A DNA stretch of 64,000 nucleotides from Candidatus Latescibacterota bacterium (GTDB lineage Bacteria; Latescibacterota; UBA2968): positions 6,016 to 70,015 of the forward strand of contig JAJEDY010000021.1 of assembly GCA_022821275.1 (NCBI GenBank), written 5' to 3'. Position numbers and translations under genes: made by a program. This document shows positions 51,877-61,149 of the stretch, one piece after another. Every line of letters starts with the position of its first letter. The stretch's first letter is position 1. A model generated the notes under the pieces. It was given only the letters and a program-made list of their open reading frames with translations. It made no database searches and was not told where the DNA came from.

Positions 51877-53901
51877 ATGGACGATAGAAGAGATACCAAT
51901 CGATTGATCCGCGAGACCAGTCCGTATTTATTGCAGCATGCACACAATCCCGTTGCGTGGTTTCCATGGGGAGAAGAGGCATTTGAAAAGGCTCAGGCTG
52001 AAAACAAGCCCATTTTTTTGAGCGTGGGATATGCGGCCTGTCACTGGTGCCATGTGATGGCACACGAGAGTTTTGAAGACGAGGATATTGCGCAGATTAT
52101 GAACGCGCATTTTGTCAATGTGAAGGTCGATCGGGAAGAACGTCCCGATGTCGATGAAATTTATATGAATGCAGTACAAGTTATGACGGGTTCCGGTGGG
52201 TGGCCTATGAGTGTGTTTTTGACACCGCAGGGTGTTCCGTTTTACGGAGGTACGTATTTTCCACCTGAGAGCAGGCACAACATACCGGGCTTTCCCCAGG
52301 TTTTGGATTCCGTTGCCAGGCATTATCGAGAAAAAGGTGATAATGTCGCAGATGTGGCGAGTCGATTGCACGAGCACTTGCGGGCGATGGCGCGTATTGA
52401 CGCGTTGGCAGATGGCCTGACTGAGGCGGATTTTGAAGGTGCATTTCAAAAGATCAGATCGAATTTTGATTTTCAACATGGCGGGTTTGGCACACAGCCC
52501 AAGTTTCCAAATTCGATGAATCTCGACGTGTTTTTGCGAACCCATTTGCGTACGGGGAACGAAGAGGCACTTGCGATGGTGACGTTGACGCTTGAAAAAA
52601 TGGCGCGCGGGGGCATTTACGATCAGCTCGGCGGCGGATTTCATCGCTATTCTGTGGATCGCTACTGGCTCGTGCCCCATTTTGAAAAGATGCTGTATGA
52701 TAACGCACTGCTCGCACAGCTTTATACGCAGACTTATCAGGTGACGAGACAACCACTTTTTGCGCGTATTGCCAGGTCAATTCTGGATTATACGCGCCGA
52801 GAGATGACTGCGCCAGAAGGTGGTTTTTATTCTACGCAAGATGCCGATAGCGAAGGGGAAGAGGGTAAGTTTTTTGTGTGGACTCCGCAGGAGGTGGTGG
52901 ATTTATTGGGCGAAGAAGACGGTGCGGCGTTTTGTCGGTATTTTGATGTGACGGAGCGGGGCAATTTTGAAGGTAAAAATATTTTGAATATCCCACATGT
53001 ATATGAGGTCGATGAAGATGTGATAGCACGCGGGGGTGCGATTTTGTTTGATGCGCGAGAAGAGCGCGTGAAACCCGAGTGCGATGAAAAAATTCAGGTG
53101 AGTTGGAATGGGATGATGATTTCGGCTTTTGCGCGGGCATATCGGGCGTTTGGAGATCCCATTTACCTGAAGAGTGCGTCAGATGCGGCTCAATTTATCC
53201 TGGAGAATATGTGTACGGATCGCGGGCTTTTGTTGCATACTTTTACAGACGGGCATGCGCGTTTCAATGCCTATCAGGATGATTATGCCTGTTTGATTGT
53301 TGGGTTAGTCGATCTGTACGAAGCGAGTTTTGAGGCTTCTTGTATCGTTGCTGCCCGCGATTTTATGGAGGTGATGATCGATCAGTTCTGGGATGATGAA
53401 GACGGCGGATTTTTTTATACGGGAAGAGACCACGAGGAGTTGATCGTGCGTTCAAAAAATCCCTTTGATAATGCTATGCCGTCTGGTAATTCGATGGGGG
53501 CGATGGCTCTGCTGCGATTAGGGACGCTGCTGGAGCGCGAAGATTGGCGGGATATGGGTGCTCGCATTTTGCATCTTTTTGGCAGGCATATTCGAGAGGT
53601 GCCTTCGGGCTTTGGCAATATGATTTGTGCCCTGGACCTCCATTTGCAAGGGGCTGTGGAGGTTGCTATTTTGGGTGATCGAGATAGAGAGGATACGGTT
53701 GCACTGCTCAATGTGGTGAATAAGACCTGGCGACCCAATGTCGTTTTGTGTGGGGGTAATGATCCCGTATCTGACGCTATTCCACTTTTGAAAAATCGCG
53801 GCATGATCGACGGACGCGCCACGGCTTATGTCTGTCGCAATTTTGTCTGCTCAGAACCCGTTACAGATGCCGAGGCACTGGAAAAATTACTGGATGAATA
53901 G
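51877..53901 (+). CDS. Thioredoxin domain-containing protein (YyaL/DUF255)
   Basis: [51 protein letters not shown]. Confidence 0.94.
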   Translation: MDDRRDTNRLIRETSPYLLQHAHNPVAWFPWGEEAFEKAQAENKPIFLSVGYAACHWCHVMAHESFEDEDIAQIMNAHFVNVKVDREERPDVDEIYMNAVQVMTGSGGWPMSVFLTPQGVPFYGGTYFPPESRHNIPGFPQVLDSVARHYREKGDNVADVASRLHEHLRAMARIDALADGLTEADFEGAFQKIRSNFDFQHGGFGTQPKFPNSMNLDVFLRTHLRTGNEEALAMVTLTLEKMARGGIYDQLGGGFHRYSVDRYWLVPHFEKMLYDNALLAQLYTQTYQVTRQPLFARIARSILDYTRREMTAPEGGFYSTQDADSEGEEGKFFVWTPQEVVDLLGEEDGAAFCRYFDVTERGNFEGKNILNIPHVYEVDEDVIARGGAILFDAREERVKPECDEKIQVSWNGMMISAFARAYRAFGDPIYLKSASDAAQFILENMCTDRGLLLHTFTDGHARFNAYQDDYACLIVGLVDLYEASFEASCIVAARDFMEVMIDQFWDDEDGGFFYTGRDHEELIVRSKNPFDNAMPSGNSMGAMALLRLGTLLEREDWRDMGARILHLFGRHIREVPSGFGNMICALDLHLQGAVEVAILGDRDREDTVALLNVVNKTWRPNVVLCGGNDPVSDAIPLLKNRGMIDGRATAYVCRNFVCSEPVTDAEALEKLLDE

Positions 53902-53969
53902 AGTTCGGGATACTAATTTGACAGAGAAGTCAACAATCTAACAACTAAATCCAAATGAAAGGATATGTC

Positions 53970-54515
53970 ATGGCAGATGTTTTGATTATAGGCGATGGGC
54001 CTGCGGGGTTGAGTGCCGCGCTGTTTTTGGCGAAGAATGGTCAGAATGTGACGGTGTTTGGGCAAGATGGGACGCCGATGCACAAGGCGATGCTTTACAA
54101 TTATCTGGGTATTCCCGAGATGACGGGGAGTGAATTTCAGCGGGTAGGTCGGGCACAGGTCCAGAATTTGGGCGGCACAATTGAGGATGTAGAAGTGACC
54201 GATGCCGAAAAGACGGATGGTGGGTTTGCCGTTACAACGGGGGATGGAGACCGAAGAGAGGGGAAGTATCTCATTTTAGCCACTGGTACAAATACCAAAT
54301 TGGCCGAGGGTCTGAGTTTGGCTAAGGAGAACAAGGGTATTGTTGCCGATGGCGATGGCCGCACTTCGGTTGAGGGGCTTTTTGCAGTGGGTTGGAATAC
54401 GCGTCTCATCCGCACGCAGGCGATTATTTCCGCCGGGCAAGGCGCCGCGACCGCGCTGGAAATTTTATCGCTCGAAGCTGGTGAAGATTTTCATGATTTT
54501 GATGTTGTGGAATAA
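53970..54515 (+). CDS. FAD-dependent oxidoreductase (short TrxB-like)
   Basis: IIGDGPAGLSAA, LILATG, TSVEGLFAVG. Confidence 0.85.
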   Translation: MADVLIIGDGPAGLSAALFLAKNGQNVTVFGQDGTPMHKAMLYNYLGIPEMTGSEFQRVGRAQVQNLGGTIEDVEVTDAEKTDGGFAVTTGDGDRREGKYLILATGTNTKLAEGLSLAKENKGIVADGDGRTSVEGLFAVGWNTRLIRTQAIISAGQGAATALEILSLEAGEDFHDFDVVE

Positions 54516-54534
54516 GGCGAGACGAGGAAGAATT

Positions 54535-54777
54535 ATGAAAATTACCGAGACAAATACCACCATTGGCGCACTGATTGAACGCCTCGAAGCTACGGGAAAA
54601 CCCAGGACGACGAAGGCCCGAGCCTTCATTATTATCGAGGATGGGGGAGCGCAGACACGCGAAGATATCCGAGAGACCGTAGCGCAATTTCGGGCGAGCT
54701 TTAAGGATATACCCTCTGAGGAGATCGAACAAATTATTGGTGAGTCCAGACGGGCAGTAAGAGCGCAAAAATCATGA
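54535..54777 (+). CDS. Putative antitoxin
   Basis: 80 aa, ATGA overlap with the PIN gene, C-terminal EEIEQIIGESRRAVR helix. Confidence 0.7.
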   Translation: MKITETNTTIGALIERLEATGKPRTTKARAFIIIEDGGAQTREDIRETVAQFRASFKDIPSEEIEQIIGESRRAVRAQKS

Positions 54778-55208
54778 CGCGAGTTGTGCTGGATACCAAT
54801 GTATTAATCAGTGCTATCCTGAATCCGCACGGGAGTCCAGGCATTATACTTGATCTGGTCTTTGACCAGAAAGCGTCTCTTTGTCTCTCTGCACCTCTTA
54901 TAGACGAAATTCAGCGCGTCATTCATTATGACAAGATGGTTGATTTGATAAAAAAAGGGGGAAAGACTGTTGAGCAAGCAGGAGAGATCGTAGATAAGAT
55001 TGTTGCAATAGCGGAAGTAGCCGCTGGTCGCAGGGAAGTAAGCCTGATAGATGCCGATCCGGATGATAATATGGTGCTGGGCTGTGCTCTTGAATCCGAG
55101 GCCGATTACATCATCTCTGGAGATCGACATCTCACCGCATTAGGTAATTTTCAAGATATCCCCATTCTCACGCCCAGGGCTTTCCTGGATACGCAGGTTA
55201 ATTCTTGA
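54774..55208 (+). CDS. PIN-domain (VapC-like, PIN_3) toxin
   Basis: VVLDTNVLISA, E, DPDDNMVL.CA, ADYIISGDRHL, ILTP. Confidence 0.92.
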   Translation: MTRVVLDTNVLISAILNPHGSPGIILDLVFDQKASLCLSAPLIDEIQRVIHYDKMVDLIKKGGKTVEQAGEIVDKIVAIAEVAAGRREVSLIDADPDDNMVLGCALESEADYIISGDRHLTALGNFQDIPILTPRAFLDTQVNS

Positions 55209-55325
55209 ATGCCTGACCTTGCTCTGGCTTTCAACGACGAGTTGGCTCAGTCTATATCTGATAGTTTCTTGTCTCATGTATGGAAATTTTGATGTTGTGG
55301 AATAAGGTAAGATAAATTTCTCCGG

Positions 55326-55379
55326 GAGGTTCCATGCATGCCCTGTTCAGACAGCCGGGTATTTGGAACCTCTTTTTTT
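55326..55379 (+). terminator. Intrinsic terminator-like hairpin
   Basis: GAGGTTCCA...TGGAACCTC with internal pairing, followed by T7. Confidence 0.65.
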
Positions 55380-55431
55380 ATGATCGAACCCCTGCATTCG
55401 TCCATTTTCTCCGTTTATAGAGGAGATCGTC

Positions 55432-57015
55432 ATGCGTGTTTTTCTATTTGTGCATTTCGTGGTGTTCCTATTCCTCAGTCCTGTATTTGCTGAAATAGAT
55501 GTTGCTGTCGTATCTGAAAGCATTGTGCAGGTGCGTGTGTACAAGAATCATAAGATTCTGGCTGAGGGAAGCGGTTTTGTTGTGAATGAAGAGGGGTATG
55601 TACTGACGAACGCTCATCTCTTGGCGGATGCAGAGGGATTGACCGTCCGGTCCCGAAAGACCGGTGCCGAAATCGTGTCACAGCAGATCTTTACCAATCG
55701 GGAATTGAATCTCGCTTTGTTGCGCGTACAGGGTCTGGATTTACCGCCTCTCAACTTGTCCGAACAAGGGGCCGCTGTAGGCCGGGTCGTGGAAACCCTG
55801 AAGATAACTCCTCAGGATAGTATCCAGATTGCTCGTGGGACTATTGGCGCATACCAGGATGTGCCGGGAAAAAAAGTGAGTGATCCCGTGGTACATCTGC
55901 TACAGCACAATGCCATGGTGACTTCCAGAGCATTTGGTATGCCCCTGTTTAATGAGTGCGGGGATGTTGTCGCTATTAACCTGCCAGACCTGGAGAGCGG
56001 ATCCTGGCCGTTTCGAAAGGTTGAACCCAGAGAAGCAATTTTTGCCTTACGCAGCGGCGATATCATTACCGTGCTTAAAGACCGGAAGATTGCACATACA
56101 GTAGTTGAAGAAGAATGCTTGAGTGCTGTTGAACGCGCTCAACGAGATAAAAAAATCGCAGAAGATAGTATCAAAGCAGTAGCACAAGCGGCAAGAGATA
56201 GTGTTAGTGCAGAAAGAGTTGCTCGGTTGGCGGCTGAAAAAGCTGTCAGGGAAAAGCAACAGGAGGCCGAAAACGCAAAAGCTGCTCGGCTGGCTGCCGA
56301 ACGGGCGAAGGCACAGGCGGATTCAGCGAGTAAGGCGGCGGCAGATAGTGTCAAAGTAGCACAAGACAGTATCAACACGGCGCGGCTGGCATTAGAACGA
56401 GAAAAGGCAAGGACCGATTCGTTAAAGAAGGTGGCAGAGGAGCGTATTGCCGCTCAAAACGCAGCAGATAGTCTCGCTGCAGTACATCAGCAGGATCGCG
56501 AAAAGACATCTCAAAGATTGCAATGGGCTATCGTCTCCGGGAGTGCGGTGGTCATTCTGGTACTCCTCGGCTGGTTCATGTTTGCACGCAGGAAGAGGGC
56601 GCGATTGCAAGCGACCGCTTCTCGTTTGAGCGAGGCAGAACAAGAGGCCGAAGCCGCGAGACAAGCCGCAGCACAAGCACCACAGCCCGCGCCTTTCAGA
56701 TGTCTATTAGAAGGCCAGGATAACACAGGCCAACCATTTGCGTTGAGTATTCCAGCATTGGCTCTGTCTTCAGGTGCCACGCTTGGAAGAAGCCCTGCCA
56801 ACGCAGAATTTATTATTGATCACGAATCCGTATCCCGCGAACATATCAAGCTTTTGTATGCCGACGGAAATCTCTATGCAGAGGACCTGGGTAGCACGAA
56901 TGGCACCAGAATCAATGGACGTTTGCTCAATCCGCGTGAACCAGTAGTGTTGCATAACAATGATCAACTCGAGTTGGGGCCTGTTGTTTTTCAGGTGCGT
57001 TTGATGCAGGAGTGA
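55432..57015 (+). CDS. Signal peptide - catalytically degenerate trypsin-like domain - coiled coil - TM - FHA
   Basis: GSGFVV..TNAH, but NLALL (no Asp) and SRAFGMPL (no GNSGG); Ala/Lys/Glu-rich stalk; TM WAIVSGSAVVILVLLGWFMF; FHA LGRS..VSREH..STNGT. Confidence 0.85.
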   Translation: MRVFLFVHFVVFLFLSPVFAEIDVAVVSESIVQVRVYKNHKILAEGSGFVVNEEGYVLTNAHLLADAEGLTVRSRKTGAEIVSQQIFTNRELNLALLRVQGLDLPPLNLSEQGAAVGRVVETLKITPQDSIQIARGTIGAYQDVPGKKVSDPVVHLLQHNAMVTSRAFGMPLFNECGDVVAINLPDLESGSWPFRKVEPREAIFALRSGDIITVLKDRKIAHTVVEEECLSAVERAQRDKKIAEDSIKAVAQAARDSVSAERVARLAAEKAVREKQQEAENAKAARLAAERAKAQADSASKAAADSVKVAQDSINTARLALEREKARTDSLKKVAEERIAAQNAADSLAAVHQQDREKTSQRLQWAIVSGSAVVILVLLGWFMFARRKRARLQATASRLSEAEQEAEAARQAAAQAPQPAPFRCLLEGQDNTGQPFALSIPALALSSGATLGRSPANAEFIIDHESVSREHIKLLYADGNLYAEDLGSTNGTRINGRLLNPREPVVLHNNDQLELGPVVFQVRLMQE

Positions 57016-57018
57016 AAA

Positions 57019-58320
57019 TTGCAACCGATATGCAACTATTGGCGTGTTGTCGGTTTTATTCTCGCGTTTCTGTTTTTTTTGCGTGATGCTGTCGCTGCGC
57101 CAGATTTTGACGCGCTTGAGAAGAGTATTGTGCGTATTGTAACGCAGACAAATCAGGGGATTGGGACGGGTACTGGATTTGTGATCAATGATCGGGGTTA
57201 TATCGCTACGAACGTACACGTTATTGCCGGTGGTAATTTGATCAAAGCAATACCGACAAATTCCAATACCATGTACGATGTTGATGTGATTGCTATGTCC
57301 TATGAACTCGATCTGGCAATCGTACGCGTGCCGGGGATCAATCTACCACCGATTACGCTTTCGCTCGCGCCGTCGAGAAAGGGGCAGAAGGTGTGGGCTA
57401 TTGGTTATCCGGGGGGAGCCGATAGGAACAGACCTGCCCATGATCCAACTGTACAGGATGGTGTTATTGGTAGAATTTTTTCAGGTGCTTGGAAGACCCA
57501 AAAATTCAGGATTATTCAACACAACGCGCCTACGAATCCCGGTAACAGCGGCGGACCTTTACTGGACGACTGCGGAAGGGTGATCGGTGTTAATACGCAA
57601 GCGTCTCTTGTGGTCATTGCCAGCCCATCCGATGGGGTAACGCGGGTGCCGCACGCGGCGGGTATTTACTGGTCTTCTCATATTGAGGAATTGGCAAAGC
57701 TGTTGCGTGAAAATGCAATTTCTTTTCAGTCGGACGGCGATGAGTGTTTAGCGGCTGATTCTACTGGGCATTCTGCGGAGGCGGACCAGGCAAAGAGTCA
57801 AGCAGATGAGGTGAATCAGAAATTTCTTATTTGGGTGATATTATTGGGTGCTGTGGCTGTGGTCGCTCTGATACTTGCTTTGAAGAAACCCCGGCAGCAG
57901 ATCATTCACGCTGCAGACCATATCAGCCTACGCTTCAAAACAAAAGCACCTGCTGTGGCTGTCCAAAAACGAGCACCCGAAAAACTTCCAGGACACGGTC
58001 TGATGCTGACCGGGTTTGACGGTAATGGCAATCCCATTCGCATTGCTTTACCACCAAACAGATTCCCGGGGCAGTATTTGGGGGTTTCATTGGGCAGGCA
58101 TCCCGAGTTGGTGGATGAAATTATCCAGGACCAAAATGTATCCAGACGACATGTGCGAATTGCGGCGCAAGCGGGTCAATTTTATATTGAAGATTTGAAT
58201 TCGCGCAATGGCACGTTTTTGAATCACCACAAATTGTCACCATTTAAGCCAACGCTTTTAGACTATGGGGCTTTGGTGAGATTGGGCGGTTTGGAGTTCA
58301 TGGTTTCAAAACTGGAATAG
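57019..58320 (+). CDS. Signal peptide - trypsin-like serine protease - TM - FHA
   Basis: TNVHV, DLAIV, PGNSGGPL intact triad; TM FLIWVILLGAVAVVALILAL; FHA LGRH..VSRRH..SRNGT. Confidence 0.9.
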   Translation: MQPICNYWRVVGFILAFLFFLRDAVAAPDFDALEKSIVRIVTQTNQGIGTGTGFVINDRGYIATNVHVIAGGNLIKAIPTNSNTMYDVDVIAMSYELDLAIVRVPGINLPPITLSLAPSRKGQKVWAIGYPGGADRNRPAHDPTVQDGVIGRIFSGAWKTQKFRIIQHNAPTNPGNSGGPLLDDCGRVIGVNTQASLVVIASPSDGVTRVPHAAGIYWSSHIEELAKLLRENAISFQSDGDECLAADSTGHSAEADQAKSQADEVNQKFLIWVILLGAVAVVALILALKKPRQQIIHAADHISLRFKTKAPAVAVQKRAPEKLPGHGLMLTGFDGNGNPIRIALPPNRFPGQYLGVSLGRHPELVDEIIQDQNVSRRHVRIAAQAGQFYIEDLNSRNGTFLNHHKLSPFKPTLLDYGALVRLGGLEFMVSKLE

Positions 58321-58333
58321 GGGCATCTTGCAA

Positions 58334-59149
58334 ATGAAAAAACACAGCCGAGAAATTAATATTTTCAGCATGTCTGCGCTCGATCTATTCGCTTCGGCAA
58401 TGGGTGCTTTCATTTTGATTACCATTGTGTTGTTTCCATTTTTTTTAAACAGAGACGAGTCGTTGGAACGCATTGCGGAAGAAAGGGCTAAGTTGGAACA
58501 GGAGAGGATCAGACTGGAACAAGAGAAATCCCAGGTCCCACCCCAAAGTAGCCCGCTTGCAGAGCGGGTTAAAGCACTGGAACAGGAGATTGATGATACA
58601 TCTGTTTTATTGGGTATTAAGACCACAGCAAAGAAGTTTGTAATCGTAGTGGATATGTCAGGTAGTATTTATCGACCTGGTAGTCAGGACTATCGCCAAT
58701 TTATCACATTGTCAGTAAGGGATATGCTTTCTTCTTTTCAATCGGAAATAGAATTGGTTCTGGTTGGTTTTCACGCTCCAAATCGCGGGACGCAATTGCA
58801 CTATTGGCCTGAGAATAGGCATTATTTTCAAGTTAGGAAGAATACGCGAAATCGCGTTATAGCCACCATAAATAACTGGATGAGTCTCGTGGATGGTGGC
58901 ACGCCGACCCGCGAAGCTCTGACGGCAGCACTTGCTCTCAATCCCGAAGAGATTATCCTCTTGAGCGATGGTGCACCCTCGGAAAATTGGCGGTATGTCG
59001 TCAATACCATCACAGTTCAAAATATGAAAAAAATACCGATACACGCTGTCGCTGTTGGCGATTATGTCACAAAACGGGATTTTATCGATTTTCTGGTGCA
59101 GTTGACAGAGCGGAACGGTGGGTATCTCGTAGGTGCCAAACCTGGTTAA
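58334..59149 (+). CDS. ExbD/TolR/MotB-like TM anchor fused to a vWA domain
   Basis: N-terminal REINIFSMSALDLFASAMGAFILITIVLF with intramembrane Asp; short coiled coil; MIDAS DMSGS, GGTPT, LLSDG. Confidence 0.8.
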   Translation: MKKHSREINIFSMSALDLFASAMGAFILITIVLFPFFLNRDESLERIAEERAKLEQERIRLEQEKSQVPPQSSPLAERVKALEQEIDDTSVLLGIKTTAKKFVIVVDMSGSIYRPGSQDYRQFITLSVRDMLSSFQSEIELVLVGFHAPNRGTQLHYWPENRHYFQVRKNTRNRVIATINNWMSLVDGGTPTREALTAALALNPEEIILLSDGAPSENWRYVVNTITVQNMKKIPIHAVAVGDYVTKRDFIDFLVQLTERNGGYLVGAKPG

Positions 59150-59187
59150 GGAGAAGTGTGAAGTGTGAAGGTTGAGAGGATTGCGAA

Positions 59188-59553
59188 ATGTCTAACTTTT
59201 CTACCTATCGAATTGGTCGCGGTTCGGATGTGGATATTCGCATTGACGATAGCACGGTCTCCCGCATTCACGCAGAGTTGGTTGTGACTGCGAAGGGAGC
59301 ATACTATCTGACTGATTGCGGTAGTAGCGGCGGGAGTTATGTTGCGCGAAATGGCGAGTGGGAGGCTATTACACAGGATTTTATCTCTCCAATGGATGCA
59401 ATTCTACTCGGTCGGTATCAGACGACCGCACGGCAACTTATGACGATGGTTAATCAAGGTGGACGGGATATTGTAAGACGCAAGGATGATTTGCCCGAGG
59501 GACCGGTGCGTCGCAATGTAGATACAGGTGAAATTATAGGAGACGAGGATTGA
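59188..59553 (+). CDS. Small FHA domain protein
   Basis: IGRGSDVDI..DSTVSRIHA..TDCGSSGGSY. Confidence 0.88.
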   Translation: MSNFSTYRIGRGSDVDIRIDDSTVSRIHAELVVTAKGAYYLTDCGSSGGSYVARNGEWEAITQDFISPMDAILLGRYQTTARQLMTMVNQGGRDIVRRKDDLPEGPVRRNVDTGEIIGDED

Positions 59554-59554
59554 C

Positions 59555-60340
59555 ATGGCAGCAGGTCAAACAGCAGAGACGAATCAACGCCTCATCGCAT
59601 CTGGCTTCAGTTTGGTAATAGGTGTTGTCCTTATTGCGCTACTGAGTATTGTCTTTGATAATCCCGATTCACAAGTGGGTGCTTTCTTGCTTGACCGCCA
59701 CACGGAAAATTTTCTCTACCCGTTTACGATCCAGAATGTCATGTGGCTGATGTTTTGTCTGGGCTGTGGCGAGTTGTGGGGGCGATTTAATCAGTCCAAT
59801 TTAGAATTGGCACAAATCTCAAAGCGATATCTTCCAGAAGACGATTCGATTATGTTGCGGGCGCAGGACCTGGGTTCTCTCTATCAAAAGATGCGTCCAA
59901 AGGATGGGGAACGGACTTTCTTTTTGCAACGCTTAATCACGCGCTGTATTTTGCAATTTCAGGGGAGCAGATCGGTCAATCAGACCAATTCCCTATTAAA
60001 CTCTTCTCTGGAATTATTTCAGCACGAGCTTGAACTCAAATATACCATGTTGCGGTATCTCGTCTGGCTGATTCCCACAATGGGGTTTATTGGCACGGTT
60101 GTCGGAATCGCCTTTGCGCTGGATTATGCGGCGAGTATTGAAAATCCCCAGGACCCGACACTGCTGGCGGAGATCACCGGGCGATTGGGTGTTGCGTTTT
60201 ATACGACTTTACTCGCTCTGATTCAATCGGCACTGTTGGTTTTTGCACTGCATATCGCGCAGGGAAGAGAGGAGATGGCCTTGAATCAATCAGGCCAGTA
60301 CTGTTTGGATAATTTAATTAACCGACTTTATGAAAAATAG
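59555..60340 (+). CDS. MotA/TolQ/ExbB proton channel family protein
   Basis: IPTMGFIGTVVGI and LGVAFYTTLLAL channel helices; two N-terminal TMs. Confidence 0.9.
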   Translation: MAAGQTAETNQRLIASGFSLVIGVVLIALLSIVFDNPDSQVGAFLLDRHTENFLYPFTIQNVMWLMFCLGCGELWGRFNQSNLELAQISKRYLPEDDSIMLRAQDLGSLYQKMRPKDGERTFFLQRLITRCILQFQGSRSVNQTNSLLNSSLELFQHELELKYTMLRYLVWLIPTMGFIGTVVGIAFALDYAASIENPQDPTLLAEITGRLGVAFYTTLLALIQSALLVFALHIAQGREEMALNQSGQYCLDNLINRLYEK

Positions 60341-60352
60341 GAGGGTAGTGTT

Positions 60353-61003
60353 ATGCCTGTTTATCGTGGACCCGATGGCAAGATTATTGAAGAGAAAACA
60401 AATAAAGGAGGAGATGTGACCCAGCCGACTGATAGGGCACAAAGGCCGATGCCACCGGCACCACCGGGCGGCGATCAAGCCGCCGGTTCAGGGCGTTTGG
60501 ATGCACCTACTCAGAAGATGGATGCGAGTGGTTCTCAATCCCAGGCAATCTCTGAAGAAAAGACCCGGGTTGTAGGAGGCCGTCGCAGGCAGGAAGATCA
60601 GCAGCGTCTGGAAGAACGCGCTGAGAAAGCCGATGGTATGGATGATCCGGTTGTGGGATGGTTGGTTATTGTCGAAGGACCAGGAAAAGGGCGGGCCAGG
60701 CAATTGGGTTATGGTTCTAATTCGATTGGGCGCGGAGAAACTGACCGCGTCAATCTCGATTGCGGTGATGATCAAATTTCGCGTGGCGGACATGCTACTG
60801 TGACCTACGATCCGCGTGGCAGGAAGTTTTATGTGCAGCACGGCGGCGGCACAAATCTAACCTACCTCAACGACCAGCCCGTGCTCATTCCGATTGAACT
60901 GCCCGCACTGAGTCATATTAGCATCGGTAATACGATTCTGCGATTTGTGCCCTTGTGTGGCGATGCATTTGACTGGCAAGATATAGAAGAGAGCGAGGAA
61001 TAG
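60353..61003 (+). CDS. FHA domain protein with disordered N-terminus
   Basis: PVVGWLVIVEGPGKG, SIGRG, DDQISR..HA, TNLTYLN, FVPLCG..FDW; GGAGG RBS. Confidence 0.88.
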   Translation: MPVYRGPDGKIIEEKTNKGGDVTQPTDRAQRPMPPAPPGGDQAAGSGRLDAPTQKMDASGSQSQAISEEKTRVVGGRRRQEDQQRLEERAEKADGMDDPVVGWLVIVEGPGKGRARQLGYGSNSIGRGETDRVNLDCGDDQISRGGHATVTYDPRGRKFYVQHGGGTNLTYLNDQPVLIPIELPALSHISIGNTILRFVPLCGDAFDWQDIEESEE

Positions 61004-61008
61004 CGATT

Positions 61009-61102
61009 GTCATTGCGGCATGATTTTAGCCGCAATCCAGAAGGCTTTGATCGTCATTGTAGCATAGTGATGAATTGCAATCCAAGGATTTTGGTTGTCA
61101 TT
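61009..61102. repeat. Degenerate 44-bp tandem REP-like repeat
   Basis: GTCATT at 61009, 61053 and 61097; unit 1 holds the hairpin ATTGCGGC..GCCGCAAT, and both full units contain GCAATCCA. Confidence 0.6.
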
Positions 61103-61149
61103 TTTTTGACAGCTCCCAAAGATAAAAATACATCTTCAAGGGCAATGGT

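Larger units (their letters stand above)
54496..55307. repeat. 22-bp direct repeat flanking the TA module
   Basis: ATTTTGATGTTGTGGAATAAGG at 54496-54517 and 55286-55307. Confidence 0.9.

Noticed and set aside
58334-60340. Zorya (zorAB) or TonB/Tol system
   Set aside because: The A subunit lacks the long ZorA tail, the B subunit has vWA rather than an OmpA-like domain, and no zorCDE, tonB, tolA/B or pal gene is adjacent
61009-61102. CRISPR array
   Set aside because: Only two degenerate units with no unique spacers and no cas genes
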